A stretch of DNA of 44,560 bases, taken from a bacterium UBP6_UBA1196. Its GTDB lineage: Bacteria > UBP6 > UBA1177. The notes beneath the pieces were generated by a model. That model had not been told where the DNA came from, searched no databases, and saw only the letters and a list, made by a program, of their open reading frames with translations. The stretch is from the NCBI GenBank assembly GCA_002310035.1, contig DBYC01000090.1, forward strand, positions 1 through 44,560, read 5' to 3'. Made by a program: the position numbers and the translations under genes. This document shows, one piece after another, positions 9,587 through 19,814 of this stretch; positions within the stretch are counted from its first letter, which is position 1; each line of letters starts with the position of its first letter.

Positions 9587-10651
9587 TTACTCAAGATAAA
9601 CAAAAAATGATGTTCCGGCAGGCACTCTGTATTCCTGCTTCATTTTGTTGGCCTCTTCCTGTTTCTCCATTTCAGAAGACGCCGGTCCGACAGTGTTTCC
9701 GGCAGCTGTTCCGGCAATGTTTCCGGCACTTCCGGCAAGTTTCGAAACTATGGCTCCAGCAGTTTTAGAGAGCCCCTGCTTGACTTCTGATTTTATATTT
9801 TCTCCCGAAATATCAGTAACTTCAGATTCTATTCCAGGATCTTTGCCTGAAACTGCGAATCCTTTGACACTGAATTCGTCACTTCCGATTATCAGCTTTG
9901 AAAAATAGAGCTGAGTCCTTTTGTTCACGAAACTTCTCGGCGTTCCGTAAAACTTCGCCCCTTTCGGAATTCCGTCGATTCCCTCTGTCACGCTCGCGAC
10001 GACCGTCGACTGCGCTGTCGAACGGATCGAAAAATCGAGTTTTGCCTTTATTTTCACGTCATGAAGCGCGAAAACATCTTTTGTTTTCGTCTTTTCCGCG
10101 CTTTTTTTCACAAAAACGCCGCCGCCCGCATTTTCACCTCCGGGAACGAATCTTCTTCTTATGCCTTTTGATGTTCCGCCGAATTCGGCAGCATCTGAAA
10201 GTTTTGCATAACTTTCGATTATTTCCCTGTCTTTTTCCTCATTTTTGTTTTTTAATGATTTTCTGCGATCTACATTTTTCGAAGGTTTTACCTTTTCTCC
10301 GGTACTGTTTTCCCTATCCGGTTCGAACCCGTTTGTTCCTTTTGGCGTGTTCATGGCCGATCTGATGTTTCCGCTCAACCTGCCTCTCGCCAGTTCATCG
10401 AAATCGGTGATTTTTATTTCCTCCGCATCTTCGGCGTTTTTTCTTCTGTTTTCTTTCTGAAAAACCAGCGAAACCGAAATGACCGCTACAAACGCAATGA
10501 GCAGCACAACTGACGCAAACACTATTCTTTTTCTCTGATTTCCGCCCTGACCGGATATGTCCGGCGTTTCTTCCCCTGAGAAAAATTTCCCGTTTTCCGA
10601 TTCTTCCGCCAGAATTTCCAAATACGATTTTTTTTCCGCTTTTTCTTTCAA
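9587..10651 (-). CDS. VirB10/TrbI-like T4SS core protein
   Basis: Single N-terminal TM, charged linker, C-terminal beta domain with VVASVTE..GIPKGAKFYG, Gly/Ala-rich antenna helices and terminal VPAGTSFFVYL. Confidence 0.75.
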   Translation of the reverse strand: MKEKAEKKSYLEILAEESENGKFFSGEETPDISGQGGNQRKRIVFASVVLLIAFVAVISVSLVFQKENRRKNAEDAEEIKITDFDELARGRLSGNIRSAMNTPKGTNGFEPDRENSTGEKVKPSKNVDRRKSLKNKNEEKDREIIESYAKLSDAAEFGGTSKGIRRRFVPGGENAGGGVFVKKSAEKTKTKDVFALHDVKIKAKLDFSIRSTAQSTVVASVTEGIDGIPKGAKFYGTPRSFVNKRTQLYFSKLIIGSDEFSVKGFAVSGKDPGIESEVTDISGENIKSEVKQGLSKTAGAIVSKLAGSAGNIAGTAAGNTVGPASSEMEKQEEANKMKQEYRVPAGTSFFVYLE

Positions 10652-11610
10652 AACGACACCTTCAATTCCAGTTTGCGTTTTTTCCCGGCGCTTTCCGTGA
10701 CCTCTATGATATATTCCCTGGAATAGTCTTCGTCGCTGATTTTAAAGGCTATTCCGCCGCTTACAGTCTCGTCGAACTGCATCGAAAATTTGTCGATGTG
10801 GTATCTGGCATTGTCGATCTCGACCTTTCCCCCTTTTGTCGAATAAATTTTTACGGAATCGATGTGGAAACGCTGCCTGTAACGGTTCTTTACCGAAAAA
10901 TTGACCGCGACCATGGCATTTTTCCCGATTTTACAGATCCTGTCGCTCCTCAGAAAGACAAGCTCTCTCTCCGTTCTCGCCGAATAACTGCTGCACTGGA
11001 AAAATTCGCTGAAAGATTTCGCCATCATCCCCGTCATCCGTGTCTCGATCTCTTTTTCTATTTCTTCCGCACGCTTCTCATACTTCTCCTCGAGCTCTTT
11101 TCTCAGCATTTCCAGATGTTTGTTAACAGCTTTGTTGGAAGTCTCCCATTCCGGGTACGAAAAAATGATCCTGTTGCCGGCCTCTTCCGACGGCCGAACG
11201 ACAAAATTAAAGATGAAAGTTTGCCCGGAATTGATTTTGAACTGGACATTGGAACTGAGCCCGTACATCAAAGCCTCTTCTGAAGCCTCTTCGAACATAA
11301 GGGCCCACACTTTCATTTTCAGAGGTTCCGTCTCGACTTCTATTTTAAGAAGAGCGGCATCTCCCACCGTCGGAGTCTCGGTAAGAGAGATATTTTCGGG
11401 AAATTCGAACACGAAAACCTCGCCTAGAGCGATGTTGACCGTTCTGTAAATGACAGTATCGCTGTTCTGGATCGTAATAACGGCGACTTTTTCTGTGATC
11501 GGAATAAACTTTGCCATATCCTTTTCCGAGATCAAACTTCTTCCGGAAAGAAAAAACACAGGAAAAAGCAGAACTATCGCCGCAATTTCAATCACTAAAA
11601 CGCTCTTCAT
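10648..11610 (-). CDS. VirB9-like T4SS core protein with a central coiled coil
   Basis: Probable start MKSVLVIE (RBS GAAGGTG) and signal-like N-terminus. Beta domain (VNIALGEVFVFEFPENI...SNVQFKINSG) - coiled coil - beta domain. Lies between the VirB8- and VirB10-like genes. Confidence 0.55.
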   Translation of the reverse strand: MKSVLVIEIAAIVLLFPVFFLSGRSLISEKDMAKFIPITEKVAVITIQNSDTVIYRTVNIALGEVFVFEFPENISLTETPTVGDAALLKIEVETEPLKMKVWALMFEEASEEALMYGLSSNVQFKINSGQTFIFNFVVRPSEEAGNRIIFSYPEWETSNKAVNKHLEMLRKELEEKYEKRAEEIEKEIETRMTGMMAKSFSEFFQCSSYSARTERELVFLRSDRICKIGKNAMVAVNFSVKNRYRQRFHIDSVKIYSTKGGKVEIDNARYHIDKFSMQFDETVSGGIAFKISDEDYSREYIIEVTESAGKKRKLELKVSF

Positions 11611-12331
11611 CATCACCTTCCAAAAGATATTCTTTTCCGTTTTCCGAAAGATAGGCTCTGAGTTCCCTGAAATCACTGAAACTTTTCCCAGCATAAAAAT
11701 CAACAAGCAGCCCGTCGGGAGAAAAATCGAGAGAGACCGGAACGACAAGCAGAAGAGCTGAAAACCAGGTCAGATTCGTCTTTCTTTCGTTCTCGCCGGA
11801 ATAATCGACAGCGTTACCGAAACTCATTTCGCCGAGTCCCTCGACAGTGAGCACAGAACCGACCGAAAAATTTCCTTTTATGACTTTAAGTTTCGTAATC
11901 CTGAATCTGCTGGCAAAATTTTTGTTTTTCCACGTGTCTATCTTTTCCCTGTGGACCGATTTGTCGAGAAGTATCTGCCTGAATTTGGGAGTCAGCATAT
12001 TGTAGGCTTCCTTGAGATCTTCGTCTATATCGGGGCTCACACCGTCGAATCTGCCTATAAAATCGGTAAGAAAACGGTGGATCCGCACCCTGTTCGTCTC
12101 GGTTTCCAAAGTTTCGTTCGCCGAAAAGACCATTCTTTTTCCCTCTTTGTCGAAAGCTATCACCGGGGTAGGCCTGATCGCGGCTGACCACGCAAAAAGA
12201 AGCGCTGTCAGAGCGACTGCTGACATCATGACACAGAAGATACCGGCCAGAATCATTGTTCCTTTTCTGATCTTCTCGACATCACGATACTTCAGCGTAT
12301 CGAAGAACTTCATTTCATCACCCTTTTTCAT
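11588..12331 (-). CDS. VirB8/TraK-like T4SS inner-membrane protein
   Basis: Bitopic TM, then PVIAFDKEG, RFLTDFIGRF...AYNMLTPK and C-terminal SPDGLLV (cf. VirB8 NPxG motif). Confidence 0.7.
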   Translation of the reverse strand: MKKGDEMKFFDTLKYRDVEKIRKGTMILAGIFCVMMSAVALTALLFAWSAAIRPTPVIAFDKEGKRMVFSANETLETETNRVRIHRFLTDFIGRFDGVSPDIDEDLKEAYNMLTPKFRQILLDKSVHREKIDTWKNKNFASRFRITKLKVIKGNFSVGSVLTVEGLGEMSFGNAVDYSGENERKTNLTWFSALLLVVPVSLDFSPDGLLVDFYAGKSFSDFRELRAYLSENGKEYLLEGDDEERFSD

Positions 12332-13221
12332 TGCTTCCCCCTGTACGGCCCGATCCTGGCGGCGACTATGGTTTTTATGTTGGAAACCGTGTTTTCAAGC
12401 TGTTCAGAACCGGCGATTTTCGAAGCAAAAAAAGGAACTCCTGCGATACCAATAGCCATAAAAACAAGGCCTGAAAAAACAGTCACCGTATCTTTTCCGA
12501 TCTCAAAACTGTAAGGACAAGAGCAGAGTTTCTGAGCCGTTTTTAAAATTCCGACCTGAGCCTTGCCGGCGACAAACAGAAAAACGGCGTAAAGCAGAGG
12601 CCATAGGGCAAACACGGCTGTAGAACGGAAAAAACCTCCCAGCGAGGCGAAACCACGGTTGGGGAAAGCAGGGAAAACAAGGGCGAAACAAAGCCCGATC
12701 ATGTTCAAAGAAAGCAACGTCCCCCAACCGTAGGAAAAAATCACCTCTTTTGCCGTCCAGACAAAAAACATCAGAAGAAAAACCGCAAGTTTGAAGAAAT
12801 ATTGTAAATAAAATGATGTAAACAGCGGAATCCCGGTATCAGACAAAGTCGAATCAGCCAGTTTCGGACAATATTCAAAAACATCGGACGGGAAATTTCC
12901 TGTCATGGAGAGATTCGACGAATAAAGATCAAAAGCTTTGTAAAATTCGGCATCGAGCTCGGAAACAAGCGGGAAACTGTAGGTAACCTTCATCATTTTT
13001 TCGATCATATCCGGCAAATAGCGATAAAGTACGACTATAGTCAGCGTTTTCCAGACCAAACCGGCAAAATCAGGTTTCTCGCCTTTCTGGATTTTGAAAA
13101 TCTCGCTCACGAAACTGATGACAAGACCGATCGAAATCACGATAAAAACCACTTCCCAAAGCCAGCCTACCCCTGCGGATTCAAGAAGCGTTCTCGGATT
13201 GTAGCAAACGTTAAAATCCAC
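12328..13221 (-). CDS. VirB6/TrbL-like polytopic membrane protein
   Basis: About 6 TM segments with a periplasmic loop, and a GLCFALVFPAFP...GGFF...FALWP pattern. Directly follows the VirB4-like gene. Confidence 0.68.
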   Translation of the reverse strand: MDFNVCYNPRTLLESAGVGWLWEVVFIVISIGLVISFVSEIFKIQKGEKPDFAGLVWKTLTIVVLYRYLPDMIEKMMKVTYSFPLVSELDAEFYKAFDLYSSNLSMTGNFPSDVFEYCPKLADSTLSDTGIPLFTSFYLQYFFKLAVFLLMFFVWTAKEVIFSYGWGTLLSLNMIGLCFALVFPAFPNRGFASLGGFFRSTAVFALWPLLYAVFLFVAGKAQVGILKTAQKLCSCPYSFEIGKDTVTVFSGLVFMAIGIAGVPFFASKIAGSEQLENTVSNIKTIVAARIGPYRGKQ

Positions 13222-15568
13222 CCTTTCCCCTCTCCCTTAAAAAATTTTTCACTGCCGTCATCACAAAAACATTGTTTCTTATTGCAAGAATAGCCGCTTC
13301 TGCGCAGGCTTCGACAAGAGGCACGCCGAGTATTCCGGCGAAACGCTTCAAAAGACGGTTGTCCTCCTTGTCGCTTGTCGCGACAGCATAGTCGAACGGC
13401 GAAAGTTCGGTCATTACGACTTCGGACTCCACGGAATCTCCGATCTGTGTCCTGAAAAGTGCTGAAGAATACTCGCCTTTTACAGTCCTAAGGCTTTCGA
13501 ATGCCTCAAGTTCCCTCTGAGTGAAACCGAAATCCTCAGCTACCACCCTCTCCGCTTCCATGTCGTTAGCGTGGCTCAGAAAAACCGTCGTCGTCGTGTT
13601 GATTTTTATCTTTGAAGAAATCGCAGCCTCTTTGAAACTCAGGAAATTCTGAGTCACGGTCCAGACTCCGGTATTGTATTTTCTGGCCGTGGCGAAAAGC
13701 TCCTCTATAAGATCGGAAAGCCGCGGGTCTTTTATAAGCTGGGCCGCCTCATCGAAAATTATGAAACTGTTCGTTATTTCGAAAGCGCTTCTCTGCGCCT
13801 CGCGTATCACTATGAAAGTCAGAAGTTCCTTGAGTTTGTCCTTAAGCCCCGAAATTCCCTGAAGGTCATAGATCACAAACGGTCCGTCACCGTAAGCGAC
13901 TGTCGATTTTCCGTTGATGATCCCGGAGACAGGATCTTCCATAAAAGCCAAAAGCAGCTTTTTTATCACTTCAGCTTTAGCCAAGTCAGAATCTTCAATA
14001 AAATCGACTAAATCACCCAGAACCGGATTTTCTTTTGCAAGATACATGTTCCTTACAGCTCTTGAAACAATGTTCCTGAAAAGATCGGCGTTCATGTTTT
14101 TTTCCCTGATTTCAAGAATCAGATCCATGATTATGCCGAGAAAATTCAGCACTGAACTGTCCCATTTGCCGTTTCTGAGCACCTTGCTCCGCTCAGGGAA
14201 CGGATTTATCACAACTTTTCCAGACGAATCTACAGGAATGAATGTTCCGCCGTAAAGCTCTGTCATTTTTATGTAACTTGAATTTTCAGCTCCGGCGAAA
14301 TCTACGACAAAAATCCTTCCAGGCGCATTTCCGCATGCTTTTATATTCGGGAAAAAAGTGTGCGCTATCAGCATGTTGACCATGACCGATTTGCCGCTTC
14401 CGGAACATCCGAAAATCGATCCGTTTTTGTTGTTTCTCCCCGGACATCCGGCGTCAAAACCGTATATTTCACCGAAACGGTTCCGCAAAAACAGAGGAAA
14501 ACCGCCATCGACATTTCCGTGACCGTGCTTCGCCGCCGCCGTCATATCGGCAAAATTCGGGCTTAAGACCCTGAGCTGACGCTCTGAACGGCTCATCAGA
14601 GAAGGGAGCGAGGAAAAAAATTCGAGATCATGCCCCCAGGTTTCCTCCTCGAAGAAAAAACCTTCGTTCTTCATTAGCGCGGCAATATCGGCAGCTTCTT
14701 TTTCGAGAAGCGAAAGATTCCTGTCGAAAACTATTATTTTAGCGGAAAGAAAGCCTATTTTGTGCTTCGAAACGGCAAGAAGATTCATCAGTTCGTCAGA
14801 TTCCGCGGCATTGTGAGCCGCTCCCCTGCCGCTTGTCGCAATATAAAAACGCTCTTTAGCCTCGAGAGAAAGCATCTCTCGTGACTGCGGAAGAACGGAA
14901 AAAGATAAAGAAAATGTAAAATTGCCGGGAAAACAGTCCGTCAGATATGAAATCATAAACGGACGAGTCTCTTTCGGCATAAATTTCAGGGAAAGCACTT
15001 TGCAGAAAACATCGCCGATCTTGAAATAAGCGGGGGTCGCGGAACACTGTTTCTGGATAAGCTCTTCCCGGACCGTCATCTGCGGATGGATTTTCATCTC
15101 GCCCCCGAACGATATCAGCTCGTATAGAAGTGCCTTGATTTCACTGGTTCCCAGCTGCCTGATCTTCACATCGAAACTTTCTACAAGGTTTTTACGGTAT
15201 TCAAGATCGATTTTGTTTCCAGGAAATCCCGTTTTCGGCAGATCATCTGAAACAGTAAAAAAATAACGGCTTTTTTTAATCCCCTTTCCCTTGACAAAAT
15301 TTAGGCGCTGCCTCAGCACAGGCTCCTTTTCTGCCGAACATCTCGCATTGACTGCAGGATCTTCATTGCGGACAAGCATGAAAAATTCAACTGTCGTCCC
15401 CTCTTTCGCTTCACGCATGAAAAACGAGTATGCCCGCCGCAGATCGGGTTGACGAAAATAGCAGTCCGCCCCTACGGTTTCCCACAGGGAAAAACGGCGC
15501 ATGGAGGAAGTCAGAATAAAACCGTCCTCGACAGAGGCTATTTTCAGCATGTCAAAAACGCTTTTCAT
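13211..15568 (-). CDS. virB4: VirB4-family T4SS ATPase
   Basis: 785 aa. NGSIFGCSGSGKS (Walker A), VVD...SY, INPF, IIFDEAAQL (Walker B), ARKYN and VTQN. Confidence 0.92.
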   Translation of the reverse strand: MKSVFDMLKIASVEDGFILTSSMRRFSLWETVGADCYFRQPDLRRAYSFFMREAKEGTTVEFFMLVRNEDPAVNARCSAEKEPVLRQRLNFVKGKGIKKSRYFFTVSDDLPKTGFPGNKIDLEYRKNLVESFDVKIRQLGTSEIKALLYELISFGGEMKIHPQMTVREELIQKQCSATPAYFKIGDVFCKVLSLKFMPKETRPFMISYLTDCFPGNFTFSLSFSVLPQSREMLSLEAKERFYIATSGRGAAHNAAESDELMNLLAVSKHKIGFLSAKIIVFDRNLSLLEKEAADIAALMKNEGFFFEEETWGHDLEFFSSLPSLMSRSERQLRVLSPNFADMTAAAKHGHGNVDGGFPLFLRNRFGEIYGFDAGCPGRNNKNGSIFGCSGSGKSVMVNMLIAHTFFPNIKACGNAPGRIFVVDFAGAENSSYIKMTELYGGTFIPVDSSGKVVINPFPERSKVLRNGKWDSSVLNFLGIIMDLILEIREKNMNADLFRNIVSRAVRNMYLAKENPVLGDLVDFIEDSDLAKAEVIKKLLLAFMEDPVSGIINGKSTVAYGDGPFVIYDLQGISGLKDKLKELLTFIVIREAQRSAFEITNSFIIFDEAAQLIKDPRLSDLIEELFATARKYNTGVWTVTQNFLSFKEAAISSKIKINTTTTVFLSHANDMEAERVVAEDFGFTQRELEAFESLRTVKGEYSSALFRTQIGDSVESEVVMTELSPFDYAVATSDKEDNRLLKRFAGILGVPLVEACAEAAILAIRNNVFVMTAVKNFLRERGKGGF

Positions 15569-15839
15569 TCCTCTCCCCGTCCGCCCTGTCTTTTATCTGC
15601 AAACAATAAAAAGAACCTCTTCCGTCAATCATCCTTAAAACCAGGATCCACCATTCAGGCTTGCCGCCGAAAATCCGCTCCCGGATAAAAAAAGTAACGC
15701 TGAAGACAAGGACCGGAAAAACGACAAGAAGAAAAATATTTTTCAACACCGCACCGGTGAAAAAAAACAGCGTCATCAGGATAATCTGCCCTTTGTCTAG
15801 AAGAGTCTGTTTTGTGCCGAGAATACCGAAAACCTTCAT
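15552..15839 (-). CDS. VirB3-like small membrane protein
   Basis: About 95 aa with two TM segments, immediately upstream of virB4. ATG overlaps the pilin stop (ATGA). Confidence 0.65.
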   Translation of the reverse strand: MKVFGILGTKQTLLDKGQIILMTLFFFTGAVLKNIFLLVVFPVLVFSVTFFIRERIFGGKPEWWILVLRMIDGRGSFYCLQIKDRADGERNEKRF

Positions 15840-16141
15840 ATCCAACCCGCAACGATGCTTAAAATCGATGAAAAAGCAGCAAGGGCGGCGCCGGCCCCGA
15901 GAATTTTGAGAGCATCTGACCAGATATTCTGATCTTTGTTGATATACCTGAACAAAAGCGAGATTATCGCTCCGCCAAGACCGCCGTAAATACCTATATA
16001 TCTCGCGACATCGAAAACCGTATCGGCCATTTCCTGAAATTTCGACTTTATACCGCCGGTATCGGCAGCCGCAAACAGAAAATCTGAAAAAATCAAAAAT
16101 ACACTAAAAACAATAAAAAAGCAAAGCAACTTCTTATTCAT
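15836..16141 (-). CDS. VirB2/TrbC-like pilin
   Basis: Start MNKKLL (RBS GAGG), signal peptide ending LFAA, two hydrophobic helices (IGIYGGLGGAIISLLF; ILGAGAALAAFSSIL). First gene of the operon. Confidence 0.7.
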   Translation of the reverse strand: MNKKLLCFFIVFSVFLIFSDFLFAAADTGGIKSKFQEMADTVFDVARYIGIYGGLGGAIISLLFRYINKDQNIWSDALKILGAGAALAAFSSILSIVAGWI

Positions 16142-16490
16142 CACAACCTCACAAATCAAACATATAAACAAACATATAGTCAACTTAATTATTAATATTG
16201 AATTTTTATTTTTCAAGTTATTTATCATTAATTAGAAAAATATTTTAATAAGCATTTAAAATTATTGTTATTTCACGGAAGAAATTTTCAACATATATAA
16301 ACAAATTTTCAGCCAAGATAGCAAAACAAGCCAAAATATAAACAACACATAAACAGAATATAAAATATAGAATACGATTTTCGGATTAAAAAAATACGAT
16401 TCTTTAATTTGCCGGCACAAAAAATTTCTGAATAATTGCTAAAACTATAAAAAACTGTATAAATACTGCCCCTTGTTTTGTAAGGGACGG
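16142..16490. promoter_or_regulatory. Very AT-rich divergent control region (T4SS operon / Hsp70 operon) with repeated ATAAACA motifs
   Basis: AAACATATA direct repeat at 16158 and 16170. Further ATAAACA near 16297, 16338 and 16349. Minus-strand TTGACT at 16178-16183. Confidence 0.55.
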
Positions 16491-16512
16491 TTTGGATGTT
16501 TTTTTAGCGGAG

Positions 16513-18057
16513 ATGAAATTGTCAAAATATGTACTCGGAATAGATCTGGGAACTTCGACAACAACGGTTGCAGTTGTTCAGGACGGGCTTTCGACCGTTA
16601 TTCCTATAAAAGGCGAAGAAGACGACAAGATAATGCCTTCGGTCGTCTCCTTTATCAACGACGGGAAGAATGTGGTCGTCGGTAAAAAAGCCAAGGATAT
16701 GCGTCATTTGAATCCTGTAAACACGATTTACAGCATCAAAAGGATCATAGGCAGAAAATTCAGCCATCCAGAAACAATCAAGTATGCGAGGAAATTTCCG
16801 TACAAAGTTGTCGGCGGCAGAAACGATTCTGTTGAAATAGAAATATACAACAAGCGCGTGACTCCGCAGATGATTTCTTCGCTCGTTCTGAAAAAGGCGA
16901 AAAAAGCGGCAGCCGAATATCTTGGCGAAGAAGTTACCGATGCCGTCATCACCGTTCCGGCAAACTATAACGAGGCTCAGCGCCGCGCGACACAGGAAGC
17001 CGGCCAGCTTGCAGGACTCAATGTCCTCCGCATAATCAACGAACCGACTGCGGCGGCTCTGGCTTACGGTTTCGGCAGCAACCGTGACGAGAAAATCGCT
17101 GTTTTCGATTTTGGCGGCGGAACTTTCGATATCACGGTCCTCGAGGTCAAGGATAATGTTTTTGAGGTCCTTTCTACTGCCGGAAATAGTTTTCTCGGCG
17201 GTGACGACATTGATGCTGCGATAGTACAGTTCATGATGTACGACATTGAGGTCAACTACGGCGTCAAAGTCTCTATGAACAGCGAAATGATGACGATTTT
17301 CCTTGCCGAGGCAGAGCGCATAAAGATCGCCCTTTCGAGTCAGGAAAAGATAAAAGTCCTTATCCGCAATATGATCCCGCTCGGTGAAGAACGCTTTGCC
17401 GATTACGAAAGAATTATTGACCGCGAGCTTTTCAACCAGATCATCGACCCGATAATCTCACAGGCTTTTGACATATGCCGCGACGCTATGGAGAGCGCTC
17501 ACCTGGATGTATCGGCTCTCGATGCAGTAATTCTGGTCGGCGGTTCGTCGAAAATTCCGAGAGTTCAGGAACGCGTTTCCGAATTTTTCAAGCAGCAGCC
17601 TTATTTCGGCATCGAATCGGTCCTCGTCATCGCGATGGGAGCGAGCATCATGGGCAATTCACTCGTAAGTGACTACAGTGATCAGGCACCGGTCCTCCTT
17701 GATGTCGTACCGCTTTCAATAGGTGTAGGCAGCATCGGCGACTACATCGAGATTTTAGTAGAGAAAAACGAACCTCTCCCACTTGAAAGGACCGATATTT
17801 TCACGAATGCGGCGGACGATGTCGATTCTGTCAAAATCGAAATTTATCAGGGAGACGCAAAAAGCAAACGCGATTCTCACCTTATGGGCGAACTCACACT
17901 TTCCGAAATGAGAAAGGCGAAAAGAGGCGAGCTCAAGATTGAGGTCAAGTTCGAAATCGACACAAACGGCGTGCTGAATGTCAGCGCAGTCGACCTTGAC
18001 ACAGGAAGAATGCAGAAAATTTCATTGAATATTCTTGGTTTGGAGCAACGCAGATGA
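16513..18057 (+). CDS. Hsp70/DnaK-family paralogue lacking the C-terminal lid
   Basis: [50 protein letters not shown] and linker [11 protein letters not shown]. Ends right after the beta-SBD. Start could be ATG 16513 or TTG 16519. Confidence 0.9.
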   Translation: MKLSKYVLGIDLGTSTTTVAVVQDGLSTVIPIKGEEDDKIMPSVVSFINDGKNVVVGKKAKDMRHLNPVNTIYSIKRIIGRKFSHPETIKYARKFPYKVVGGRNDSVEIEIYNKRVTPQMISSLVLKKAKKAAAEYLGEEVTDAVITVPANYNEAQRRATQEAGQLAGLNVLRIINEPTAAALAYGFGSNRDEKIAVFDFGGGTFDITVLEVKDNVFEVLSTAGNSFLGGDDIDAAIVQFMMYDIEVNYGVKVSMNSEMMTIFLAEAERIKIALSSQEKIKVLIRNMIPLGEERFADYERIIDRELFNQIIDPIISQAFDICRDAMESAHLDVSALDAVILVGGSSKIPRVQERVSEFFKQQPYFGIESVLVIAMGASIMGNSLVSDYSDQAPVLLDVVPLSIGVGSIGDYIEILVEKNEPLPLERTDIFTNAADDVDSVKIEIYQGDAKSKRDSHLMGELTLSEMRKAKRGELKIEVKFEIDTNGVLNVSAVDLDTGRMQKISLNILGLEQRR

Positions 18058-18950
18058 GAAAAAGAATAGCGATTTTAATGAAAGATGAAAAGTATTTAAA
18101 ATCATTGGAAAAATTCCTGACTTCAAAAATCAGTGACTGCGAATGTTTCATCACGCAGGATGTAAAAGAACTGCTGACGGAGGATCTGGAATCCTACAAC
18201 ACTCTCATTGTTTCGTCGGTTCTTTCCGACGGAATATGGCTCAAAGCCCTGCCAGTCATAAGAAAAGCCAGAAGTTTTGTTCTTCTGGCAGTTTCCGAAG
18301 GCCCTGAACTCAACGCAGACATTGCCGCAAAATACGGTGCGGCGGCTTTCTTCAAACTGCCTCTCAACAGCGAGCAGTTCCTTGCAAAAATTACGGAAAT
18401 CGTCGAGAACGGAACCGATAAAGCGAAGATTCCTACCGCCGTTTCAGTCGATATGCTTGAAGAAATATCGTATTTCTCGGACAATATGGACAGTTACGAC
18501 TACTATACTTTTTTCGGTCTGCCGAAAAACGCCTCAATTTCCGATATAAAGAAAAAATATATCGCGATGGCACGGAAATACCATCCGGATAAATTCAGGA
18601 ATATTCCGGCCGGCATCAGAGAAAAGGCATACGAAATCACAAAGCGTGCGAACGAGGCCTATTCGGTTCTTATGAACCCTTCACGTAAGGTCCTCTACGA
18701 CAAGATGCTTGCTGAAAATCCTGAGACGAAGCGTTTCGATTTTAGGATCAAGGTTGCATACAATGAAACACCGGAAGACACGATCCAGAACAATCAGGCA
18801 AGGCGCTTTGCCATTCTGGCGACAAAAGCTATCGAGACAGGCGATTACAGATCAGCTCTGACGCAACTCAAAATGGCCGCTTCGATGGAGAAAAACAATG
18901 CTTACATCGACAGACTGATCCAGGAAGTCACACAGAAACTCGCGAAATAG
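18054..18950 (+). CDS. Receiver-like domain + J-domain + TPR-like co-chaperone
   Basis: DYYTFFGL...YHPDKF...AYSVL J-domain. N-terminus resembles a degenerate REC fold ([11 protein letters not shown]). ATGA overlap with the Hsp70 gene. Confidence 0.8.
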   Translation: MRKRIAILMKDEKYLKSLEKFLTSKISDCECFITQDVKELLTEDLESYNTLIVSSVLSDGIWLKALPVIRKARSFVLLAVSEGPELNADIAAKYGAAAFFKLPLNSEQFLAKITEIVENGTDKAKIPTAVSVDMLEEISYFSDNMDSYDYYTFFGLPKNASISDIKKKYIAMARKYHPDKFRNIPAGIREKAYEITKRANEAYSVLMNPSRKVLYDKMLAENPETKRFDFRIKVAYNETPEDTIQNNQARRFAILATKAIETGDYRSALTQLKMAASMEKNNAYIDRLIQEVTQKLAK

Positions 18951-18957
18951 GTGTCTG

Positions 18958-19713
18958 ATGAACGAATACTGCGCAAAATACGGATTGAACGAAGAGCGTC
19001 TGCCGCGCCATGTCGCGATAATCATGGACGGAAACGGACGCTGGGCAAAAAAACGGCTCTGGAACAGATTGAAAGGACACAGAGCCGGTGCCGATGCGGT
19101 CGACTCTGTAACGACTTTGTGCCGGGAAATCGGCGTTAAATATCTCACTCTCTACGCTTTTTCGACCGAAAACTGGAACCGTCCTGAATCGGAAGTTTCT
19201 GGTCTGATGGAACTTTTCAAAGAATTTCTGATTTCAAAAAAAGGGCTTCTGATCGACAAACAGATCCGCCTGAACATAATCGGCAGCAAAGACAAGTTTT
19301 CACCTGAACTGCTTGAAATCATGAACAAAACTATTGCAGAAACTGAAGAATACGAGCCCGAGATGACGCTTACTCTCGCTCTTAGCTACGGTTCGCGTCA
19401 GGAAATCACGACCGCTGTGCGCAAGATCGCGAAAATGGCGGCTGACGGCAAAATCACGCCGGAAAGTATCGACGAAAAGCTGATTTCGGAAAATCTCTAC
19501 ACTTTCGATATGCCGGATCCCGATTTAGTCATCAGGACAAGCGGCGAATACAGGATCTCAAACTATCTTCTGTGGCAGATCGCATATTCAGAGTTTTATT
19601 TCACTGACACTTTGTGGCCTGATTTCAAAAAAGACGAGTTTATCGCCGCTCTCAAGGATTTTGCCGCCAGAGAACGCCGTTTCGGCAAGACAGGCGACCA
19701 GGTCAAAGCATAA
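18958..19713 (+). CDS. uppS: Undecaprenyl diphosphate synthase (isoprenyl transferase)
   Basis: PRHVAIIMDGNGRWA, YAFSTENWNRP, IRTSGEYRISNYLLWQ and RRFG. Confidence 0.96.
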   Translation: MNEYCAKYGLNEERLPRHVAIIMDGNGRWAKKRLWNRLKGHRAGADAVDSVTTLCREIGVKYLTLYAFSTENWNRPESEVSGLMELFKEFLISKKGLLIDKQIRLNIIGSKDKFSPELLEIMNKTIAETEEYEPEMTLTLALSYGSRQEITTAVRKIAKMAADGKITPESIDEKLISENLYTFDMPDPDLVIRTSGEYRISNYLLWQIAYSEFYFTDTLWPDFKKDEFIAALKDFAARERRFGKTGDQVKA

Positions 19714-19814
19714 ATCAGCAGCCATCTCCATTAAAAAATTTTAAATTTGCAAAAAAAACCGATATTTTTAAACTATTGTGTTTTTGATTTTTTACCAAAT
19801 TTCAGGAGGGCGTT

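Noticed and set aside
15760-15767. A8/T8 homopolymer in the virB3-like gene as a phase-variation tract
   Set aside because: A7-A8 runs are common throughout this window and the frame is intact.
4008-16490. Calling the T4SS region an ICE or integrated plasmid
   Set aside because: No integrase, relaxase, coupling protein, tRNA target or flanking direct repeats are visible in this window.
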